From positions 1-38,530 of the IMG/VR virus record IMGVR_UViG_3300049455_000021: a stretch of DNA of 38,530 nt; one strand, written 5' to 3'. Shown piece after piece: positions 24,280 to 31,002 of this stretch. Below the pieces are notes generated by a model. That model was given only the letters and a program-made list of their open reading frames with translations. It was not told the DNA's origin and ran no database searches. The stretch's first letter is position 1; each line of letters begins with the position of its first letter. A program made the translations under genes and the position numbers. The DNA comes from a virus. Its lineage: Duplodnaviria > Caudoviricetes.

Positions 24280-25503
24280 TCAGGTGAGCATCCACCGCGC
24301 CATGCTCGCTAGACCCTCATGCGGATGAGGGTCCAACCGGGCCAGAGTCTCCACAGTGTCCCGAGCCGTCCGATGGAACCGAGTGTGCTGAGGTGCCACC
24401 CGCCGAGCCTCAGCCACAGCGGCGAAGGCCTCATCACGCCGCCCCTCAGCCAAGAGCGCCGAGGAGTAGTCAATGAAGTGGTGCGACGCCCGCTCAGCCG
24501 CGAGGCCGACAGGAGGCCTCCAATCCCCATTGCCTCCCTCCCCGCGACCCCACGCCGCCGGCAGCGAAGCGGCCTGCTCAGTGTCGCCAACATCAAGAAG
24601 CGCGGCGACCCGGTGGATCCGCACCTGCGACGGGCCGAACGACGTCTCGTGCACCACCACGTCCTCACCAACCCTGGATGCGATCCAATCCGCCTCAGCA
24701 AGCAGCGACTCCGCGCGCTCCAGAGTCCCGTCGCGGGCCTCCAGCATCGCAAGCTTGAGGACCAAGGCGCCGTCGACCGCGAGCGCCTGCCTGGTGAACG
24801 AGCGCTCGGGCTGGAGGCGCTCCAGCTCATCGCGAAGTCCCTCCAGCAGCCTCCGCCCGGGCCCGTAGGCTCCCTGACGCAGCATCGCGCCAGCCACCAG
24901 ATAGGCCGCAGTGAACTGCATCAAGGGATCGCCGCTGCGATCCGCAGCCCAGCGCGTGCGCTCCAGCGCGGTGTTACTCAGGTCGTGGTGGCCGAGCTTG
25001 TGCGCCAGGCTGTTCGCGGCGCGGTAGACCCGGGCCAACTCCCAGAACGCGCGCTGCTGGTCACGGCCGCTGCTGGACAGCGCGACCTCGGTCAGCTCCG
25101 CGATGAGCGGTGCGAGGAGAGGGCCCATCGGCGTAAACCGGGCGTCCCGCCGGAGCGCCGAGATCTGGTCGACCTCGGCGGTGAGGACGACGAGCGGTCG
25201 GGGTGCGACCTCCAGCGCCTCCGGGGAGTCGTAGCAGAGCATGATCCGGCGAAGGTCCGGGATGACGGCCTGGACGCGGTCCTGGCCTTCCGCGTCGCCG
25301 TAGTAGGGCTGGCCGCTCAACACCTCCGGGTTCAGGTGGAGCGCCTGGGCCAGTGCGAGCAGTATCCGTGAGCTGGCGTTGCGCTTGCCGGCCTCGATCT
25401 TGCACAGGTAGTTGGCTGAGATGTGGACGCGGTCCGCGAGCTGCTGCGCGGACAGTTGCCGCATGTGGCGCGCTGAGCGGATGCGCTCTCCGGTCGAGGT
25501 CAT
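24280..25503 (-). CDS. XRE HTH regulator with long alpha-helical (TPR-like) C-terminus
   Basis: GERIRSARHMRQLSAQQLA..YLCKIEAGKR; C-terminal FGPSQV, ERASHH, ARRVAPQ motifs. Confidence 0.8.
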   Translation of the reverse strand: MTSTGERIRSARHMRQLSAQQLADRVHISANYLCKIEAGKRNASSRILLALAQALHLNPEVLSGQPYYGDAEGQDRVQAVIPDLRRIMLCYDSPEALEVAPRPLVVLTAEVDQISALRRDARFTPMGPLLAPLIAELTEVALSSSGRDQQRAFWELARVYRAANSLAHKLGHHDLSNTALERTRWAADRSGDPLMQFTAAYLVAGAMLRQGAYGPGRRLLEGLRDELERLQPERSFTRQALAVDGALVLKLAMLEARDGTLERAESLLAEADWIASRVGEDVVVHETSFGPSQVRIHRVAALLDVGDTEQAASLPAAWGRGEGGNGDWRPPVGLAAERASHHFIDYSSALLAEGRRDEAFAAVAEARRVAPQHTRFHRTARDTVETLARLDPHPHEGLASMARWMLT

Positions 25504-25692
25504 GTTGTCCCCTGGTCGAGTGCGTGGCTACGAGCAGGGTAGGCGGTTCAGGGTGCGGGCGGTACGTGCTGCCTGTGAATTGTGGGTTGCGGAGCGCCCG
25601 GGCGCAGGGTCACGGCTTGGCAACGCGCCCACGGCCCCCACCCAGCCGCCGCTACCGTCCCACCCCTGACCACCCACGCCCCAGGGGGGACC

Positions 25693-26241
25693 ATGCGCAC
25701 CCGCGCCGCCTTAACCATCGCCACCAGCATCCCCCTGCTCGCCGGATGCCGCGCCTTCCCCGCACCCGCCGCCGCCGGCACCGCCTACGCCACCACCACC
25801 ATGCCCGCGCCCCTCACAGACGACGTACAGATCACCGCCTGCGGGCCCGGCACCACCGCACGGGTCACCATCACCAACAGGCACCTCAGCGGCCCGGCGG
25901 ACTACAACGTCACCGTGGCCTTCAAGGACGCGGCACAGCGCACGATCGCGTCTGGGGCAGCAACAGCCCGCCGTCTGGCACCCGGGCAGCAAACCGTCCT
26001 CCAAGTCGACGGGGCGCCCGCATCACCCGGACCACTCAGGTGCACGTTCGGACCGACCACCCGGGTGTCCAAAGGACAGACAGGGGACGCGGGTAGGATC
26101 AGCGGCGACGGCCTGAGAGGAACGCAGGGTCCGACGGGCCACGCGACGGCGACGGCTGCGGGCTGTCACACACGTACTGCGGGTTGGCCGGGTCGAAGGC
26201 CGGCGCCCTGGTGCACGTGTACGTCACCCCGTCCGACGTGA
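25693..26241 (+). CDS. lipoprotein with small beta-sandwich (FxLYD-like) domain
   Basis: Signal peptide with lipobox LLAG-C; VTITN..DYNVTVAFKD..G..LAPGQ; 3' end overlaps the convergent gene. Confidence 0.65.
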   Translation: MRTRAALTIATSIPLLAGCRAFPAPAAAGTAYATTTMPAPLTDDVQITACGPGTTARVTITNRHLSGPADYNVTVAFKDAAQRTIASGAATARRLAPGQQTVLQVDGAPASPGPLRCTFGPTTRVSKGQTGDAGRISGDGLRGTQGPTGHATATAAGCHTRTAGWPGRRPAPWCTCTSPRPT

Positions 26242-26674
26242 CCGTCCAACTAGCCGGCGGCTGCCCAGCCGCGCCAGGTTGGCCGGGCGCCCCGACGGGC
26301 CCCGGAACGGTCGAGTCAGCCCCCGGCCGCCCTGCCGCACCAGTTAGCCCGGGAGCACCCGGCGCACCAGATGGCCCCGGCACTGGCGTTGGCGTCGGCG
26401 CATCCCGCCCCGGCGGACCCTCCGGACCAGGCGGACCCATCACGCTCTGCCCCGGATCACCACGAGACCCCGGCGGCCCCGCCACCGGCACATGCCCCAG
26501 CTGCTGTACCTGCTGCGCGAGAACATCCCGCGCGGCGTTAGCGTCCCGCAGCGACGAGCTGAGCTGCACCACCTGCACAGCCATCCACGCCAGAAACGCG
26601 AGGCACACGAGCGCAGTGAGGATCCCCACGTACTCGGCGCGAGGCATCCCCCTGCGGTGCAGGTGCTGGCTCAC
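26099..26674 (-). CDS. membrane-anchored collagen-like protein of the lysis cassette
   Basis: N-terminal TM, coiled coil, G-X-Y repeats, C-terminal Cys pair. Confidence 0.75.
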   Translation of the reverse strand: MSQHLHRRGMPRAEYVGILTALVCLAFLAWMAVQVVQLSSSLRDANAARDVLAQQVQQLGHVPVAGPPGSRGDPGQSVMGPPGPEGPPGRDAPTPTPVPGPSGAPGAPGLTGAAGRPGADSTVPGPVGAPGQPGAAGQPPASWTVTSDGVTYTCTRAPAFDPANPQYVCDSPQPSPSRGPSDPAFLSGRRR

Positions 26675-27024
26675 GACGCCGTCACCGCCCAGACCGCGAC
26701 AGCAGCGGACAGCAGGGCGATAAGGATCGGAACGATCGCCTGATACAGGCGCGCCTGCCGGTCCCGTTCACGGCGGGCGGCCTCGGCCAGCTTGTACGCA
26801 TCGAACGCTTCCTCCAGCTTGCGGTAGTCGTCGCGGGCGGACTGTACTTCCCGGGCCAGCTCGGCGAGCCGCTGGTCGACATGAGCGGACTGGATGGCGT
26901 ACACGTCGGCGGACACGACCCGGTCGAGCCGGCTGTTGATTCCGGCCGCCATGGTCTGGAGGTCTGTGCGGAGCGCCCCCACCATGCGGCCCAGCTCACC
27001 TACTGTCAGATCGCCGTCGGACAT
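26671..27024 (-). CDS. coiled-coil protein with C-terminal TM helix
   Basis: 117 aa, lysis cassette position. Confidence 0.75.
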   Translation of the reverse strand: MSDGDLTVGELGRMVGALRTDLQTMAAGINSRLDRVVSADVYAIQSAHVDQRLAELAREVQSARDDYRKLEEAFDAYKLAEAARRERDRQARLYQAIVPILIALLSAAVAVWAVTAS

Positions 27025-27074
27025 GCCTCACACCCCGCCCTCGACCGGTCGGGGTGGAGGCCATCCGTGTGGTG

Positions 27075-27299
27075 TCACCCGCCCTGTCGGGGCAGCAGCG
27101 CGGCGCTGTTCGGGTCACCCACGAACGACCCGACGACGCCCTTGAGGACGGACAGTGCGGCCGGCAGCGCGGCGACCGCAGCGGCCCGCAGCGCACCGAC
27201 CGAAGTGAGGTCGAAGCCGTCAGCGAGAAGCAGGCCGAGGAACGCGACCGCGTACGTCGCGCCGACGCGCTCGGCCAGGTCGAGGAGGAAACGGTTCAT
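27075..27299 (-). CDS. holin (r1t-like)
   Basis: DLAERVGATY..; two TM helices; follows the lysin genes. Confidence 0.8.
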   Translation of the reverse strand: MNRFLLDLAERVGATYAVAFLGLLLADGFDLTSVGALRAAAVAALPAALSVLKGVVGSFVGDPNSAALLPRQGG

Positions 27300-27311
27300 G
27301 GTGAGCTCCAG

Positions 27312-27695
27312 TCAGGGCTTGAGGACGGCTTCGATGCGGTAGCCGACCGGGATGGAGTCGGCGGTGTCGGCCTGGCTGGTGGGAATCCGGCAGACGCTGA
27401 TCTTGTCGTCGCCCGCCCACGCGTCGATCCGCGCCACCGAGTCAGTGGACTTCACCGTGATGACGTTGATGCGCCAGCCGCCGCCACCGTTGGTGTTGTG
27501 GATGGCAACGCGGAGCTTGACGTTGCCGAAGTCGGAGCCGAACGCGTAGAAGACGCGGCCCCAGCCGATCTCGGGGCTCGTGTCCCATACCGGCGGTACG
27601 ACCAGGACCGTGGCGTTCTTCGTCAGCGCCGGGTCCGGGGCGCCAGCGGCGTTCGTGCCGAAGCCTGGCTTGATCTCACCCATCATCAGGGCCAT
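27312..27695 (-). CDS. putative lysin accessory / cell-wall-binding domain
   Basis: In frame with the GH25 gene, 3 nt after its TAG; own GAGG RBS. Confidence 0.6.
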   Translation of the reverse strand: MALMMGEIKPGFGTNAAGAPDPALTKNATVLVVPPVWDTSPEIGWGRVFYAFGSDFGNVKLRVAIHNTNGGGGWRINVITVKSTDSVARIDAWAGDDKISVCRIPTSQADTADSIPVGYRIEAVLKP

Positions 27696-27698
27696 GGC

Positions 27699-28361
27699 CT
27701 ACCTCACTTCTTCGTCGAGACGCCGACGGTCCGCCGGCTGCGGGGTCGGGGCGGGCGGGGCCGGAGCTGGCATGGGCGCGGCGAAGGAGAGCGCCCAGGC
27801 CCGGAGTTCGGCGATGCTGCCGAGGTGGCAGTAGTCGGTATCGAGCGGCTGGTCGGTGTACTGGTGGAACAGCCACGGCGCGGAGATCCCCGGGTCGCCA
27901 GCGGCGCGGCCAGCAGTGGCGATCCACAGAAAGTCGCCGTAGAACCCGGTGGTGTCGACGTTCCGCCAGTAGTCGGTGTTGCAGTACATCCCGACCGGGT
28001 TGTGCGGCATCTTCGCCTTCACGTACCGGAGCCAAGCGTCCTTGTACGCCAGCTGGTCGGCGCGGCTGACGCCCGTGTTGGCCGGGTCGTAGCCCTCCCA
28101 GTCGAGGATGATCAGGTCCCCGGGCTGCCAGGCGACCTGCGCGAGGAAACGATCCGCCTCGGCCTGCGCCGAGTTGGCCATGTGCGGGTAGTGGTAGCCG
28201 CCCCACACCAGGCCGTTCGCCTTCGCGTGATCCCGCTGGCTGACCCAACGCGGGTTCGTGTACCCGAGGCCCTCGGTGATCTTCACCAGCGCGAACGCCA
28301 GCCCGGCCGTGTCCGGCTGATCCGGCTGGTACGAAGCCCAGTCCTGCCCGTAGACGCCCAT
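27699..28361 (-). CDS. GH25 muramidase endolysin
   Basis: GQDWASYQ, VKITEG, GYHY, LDWE, HQYT, DTD; Pro-rich tail. Confidence 0.9.
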   Translation of the reverse strand: MGVYGQDWASYQPDQPDTAGLAFALVKITEGLGYTNPRWVSQRDHAKANGLVWGGYHYPHMANSAQAEADRFLAQVAWQPGDLIILDWEGYDPANTGVSRADQLAYKDAWLRYVKAKMPHNPVGMYCNTDYWRNVDTTGFYGDFLWIATAGRAAGDPGISAPWLFHQYTDQPLDTDYCHLGSIAELRAWALSFAAPMPAPAPPAPTPQPADRRRLDEEVR

Positions 28362-29236
28362 CAGACGACCCCGACCTCAGCGGCCCACGCCTGCATGGCG
28401 CGGTACGCCGCGAGCGCATGCGCGTCAACAGCCGGCCCCGGCACAGGGACCGGCTGCGGCTGTGGCTGCGGAAAGGGATTCGGGCCGCCGGTCAGCGCTG
28501 CCAGGTCTTCGCCGAGCTGGTACAGGTTGTACCCGGACGGGGAACTGCCGTTCGCGTCGAGCCAGTCCGACGTAATGACGATCCAGCCCTCCTCTACGAA
28601 GTGCCGCCAGAACGCGGCTGTCATCGTCTGCACCCGGGCCCACGTCACGCCGTCTGTCGATCCGTCCGGCCCGTACCGACCGGCGGGGACACAGTGGCCG
28701 CCGAGGATTCGCGAGCCCCTGACGTAGTCCCAGGCAACGCCCTGGTTGAACTGGTCCTCGGCGGACTTGGGCAGGTTGATGCCCAGGTTGATGGCGCCGA
28801 ACAGGTCGATGCTCTGCTCGACCTCAACGCGGTTGGACACGTCGACCTTCGCGTAGGCGAGGATCTTATGGCCGCCGATGCCGACGGTCCGCCAGTACTT
28901 CAGGACGTCCTCGAGGGTGCAGCCCCGGTCGGTGGATGGGTCGCCGGGGCGGTAGCCTCCGACGGCCTCATAGCCCTTGAGTACGTCGGCGTCGGTGACC
29001 TTGACGGTCGCGCCCTGGGCGTACGTGGTGAGGGCCTCGATGATGTGCGCTGGGCTGGCGAAGGTGCAGTCGCCGATCTGGTCGTTGAGGTACATCGGCC
29101 AGTCCGTGACGCGCGAGAGCCAGTCCGCCGATGCGGGCGGCGCGGGCAGCGGCGCCCCGGTCAGGTAGTCGCCGAACCTGAGATGCGGCCTTGCGGGTTG
29201 GGCCGGGAGACGTCCGCCTCGGAATGTGAGTGTCAC
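28361..29236 (-). CDS. papain-like cysteine peptidase (lysin-associated)
   Basis: NDQIGDCT, GGHCV, VTW motifs; PQPQP tail. Confidence 0.7.
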   Translation of the reverse strand: MTLTFRGGRLPAQPARPHLRFGDYLTGAPLPAPPASADWLSRVTDWPMYLNDQIGDCTFASPAHIIEALTTYAQGATVKVTDADVLKGYEAVGGYRPGDPSTDRGCTLEDVLKYWRTVGIGGHKILAYAKVDVSNRVEVEQSIDLFGAINLGINLPKSAEDQFNQGVAWDYVRGSRILGGHCVPAGRYGPDGSTDGVTWARVQTMTAAFWRHFVEEGWIVITSDWLDANGSSPSGYNLYQLGEDLAALTGGPNPFPQPQPQPVPVPGPAVDAHALAAYRAMQAWAAEVGVV

Positions 29237-29249
29237 AGGTGCCTCCGTG

Positions 29250-30410
29250 TCAGGTGCAGGTGAGGGGTGCGAGGGCGGGGCGCCACAGTTGGCCGTCGCC
29301 CGCCGTGCCGGTGCCTGGGGTGTAGGTGAGCGGCTCGTAGTGCAGGGCCGCGCCGGTCTCGTTCGGGGTGCCGAGCCACAGATCGATGCCCTGGTACGGG
29401 ACGCCGTCGACCACGGACACGGTGCGGGGCTGGCCCCCGCAGGAGGTCGCGGAGAAGTCGCGGCGGCCGGTCGCCGGCGGCGCGGCCGCAGCCACGTTGA
29501 TCGGCGCCGTGTACGGGCCGAGCAGACTGCTCGCCGTCGCGTACCCGGCCCCGGCACCGGTGCAATACCCGCATTCCGGATCGGAGTACGTCAGCACGTA
29601 CGCGCCGGTCGCCGCGTCGTACCAACCACCGGGCCCCTCGACGCCGCTGAGGCCAGCAACGTTGTGCGCGCCCGCGCCCGTCCCGCCGACCCCCCACTGA
29701 TTGAGCTGCTCGACCGACAGGCCGGTGGCGCCGGCCATCGTGCAGACGATCGCGGGGGTCTGTCCGACCGTGCCGCTGTCGATGAACCCGAAGTCCCCGT
29801 TGCCGCTGCAGATGTAGAGGGACGGTTTCGTGTATGAGCCGTGCGGTGTGCCGGCGCTGGGGCCGCATGGTCCGGCGGGGCCGTTGCAACCCAGCGCGTT
29901 GTAGGCGTTGGAGTGGTTGCGGCTGTAGTCGATCGGCGAGTTGAACCACAGGATGAAGACGCCGTCGTCGCTGCCCCAGCCGGTGCGCTGAATCATGCGG
30001 GGGTTGAAGCAGCCCTGCCCGGTCGACCCGCATTCGACCTGCCAGGACTGGCCGGTCCACGGGTCGGTGTCGGTCGCCGAGAACAGGAGCGTCGGCGTCG
30101 ACCAGGGGCCGGAGAGGCTTGTCGAGGTGCTGACTCCGAAACCGCACCAAGGGGTGCCGGCCTGGAGCCAGGTGAAGCCGCAGGCGTACTCCGTGCCGTA
30201 CAGGTAGTACGTGGGGCCGAACTTGGCCAGCATGCCGTCGTGCAGGTCCACGCCTGCCACCGTCACGGGCGCCGGGACGGCCACCGCCTGACTGACCACC
30301 TGCCGGACCGGACTCTGCGCGACCCCCGGAGCAACACCGAGAACGGCCGCCAGCAGCAACAGGATCGCCCCAACCACGGCGATCGGGCGAACACGACGGA
30401 CGGACAGCAA
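29250..30410 (-). CDS. secreted glycoside hydrolase, GH43-like beta-propeller
   Basis: Signal peptide; DLHDG, YYLYG, FNPRM, GDFGFID, VEGPG motifs; AGGAGG RBS. Confidence 0.75.
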   Translation of the reverse strand: MLSVRRVRPIAVVGAILLLLAAVLGVAPGVAQSPVRQVVSQAVAVPAPVTVAGVDLHDGMLAKFGPTYYLYGTEYACGFTWLQAGTPWCGFGVSTSTSLSGPWSTPTLLFSATDTDPWTGQSWQVECGSTGQGCFNPRMIQRTGWGSDDGVFILWFNSPIDYSRNHSNAYNALGCNGPAGPCGPSAGTPHGSYTKPSLYICSGNGDFGFIDSGTVGQTPAIVCTMAGATGLSVEQLNQWGVGGTGAGAHNVAGLSGVEGPGGWYDAATGAYVLTYSDPECGYCTGAGAGYATASSLLGPYTAPINVAAAAPPATGRRDFSATSCGGQPRTVSVVDGVPYQGIDLWLGTPNETGAALHYEPLTYTPGTGTAGDGQLWRPALAPLTCT

Positions 30411-30483
30411 GGTGCCTCCTGCGACGGGCGGGCCAGGTGGGGCAGATGCTAGAGACCGACCCGAACACGCCCCCCGGCCCTCG

Positions 30484-30993
30484 TCAGGCCACCCGCGTCA
30501 GCTTCATCCACGACCCAGCCAGTACGAGCAGCGCCGTCGCGTTAGAGGTGTTCTGCGCCCACTGCAACGTCACGAACCCCGCGGTACTGCTCGTGATGAT
30601 GGAGCCCTTCGGCTGGAACGCCATGCCGACCGAGCCGTTGCCCGCCATCGACCGCGGCCACGACCCAGGCCCAACCGTGACGTCATAGGACGTCGGAGCA
30701 GCCGTGGTGGCCGTGCCGTACTGGGTGCCGACCAGAGTCGCCCCCACCGGGGTAGTGAACGTCGCCTTAATGTCCGCGCTGCCCGCCGCGACGTTCACCG
30801 AGTACGCGATGTACGCCTCCCAGATGTACGTAGCCGACGCGGCCAGAGGCAGCGTCAGATCAGGATCGTCAGCCAGCGTGGTGGTGGACGACCTCGACGT
30901 GCTGGCGGGCTTCACCACCGTGATCGGCAGCATCGACGTCAGCAAAGACCCGGTGATCCGCTGACCTGCGGAGATCGCGGGATACGTCGTCAT
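30484..30993 (-). CDS. minor tail / fiber-associated protein
   Basis: AGQRITGSLL, DDPDL, LQWAQ, GSWMKLTRVA. Confidence 0.7.
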   Translation of the reverse strand: MTTYPAISAGQRITGSLLTSMLPITVVKPASTSRSSTTTLADDPDLTLPLAASATYIWEAYIAYSVNVAAGSADIKATFTTPVGATLVGTQYGTATTAAPTSYDVTVGPGSWPRSMAGNGSVGMAFQPKGSIITSSTAGFVTLQWAQNTSNATALLVLAGSWMKLTRVA

Positions 30994-31002
30994 GGTCCCC
31001 TC

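Noticed and set aside
24280-25700. Arbitrium-type peptide communication system
   Set aside because: Regulator architecture is suggestive, but I found no short secreted pro-peptide gene next to it; kept only as a hypothesis
26260-26490. Tandem DNA repeat or DGR variable region
   Set aside because: Explained by collagen G-X-Y coding; no reverse transcriptase or template repeat seen
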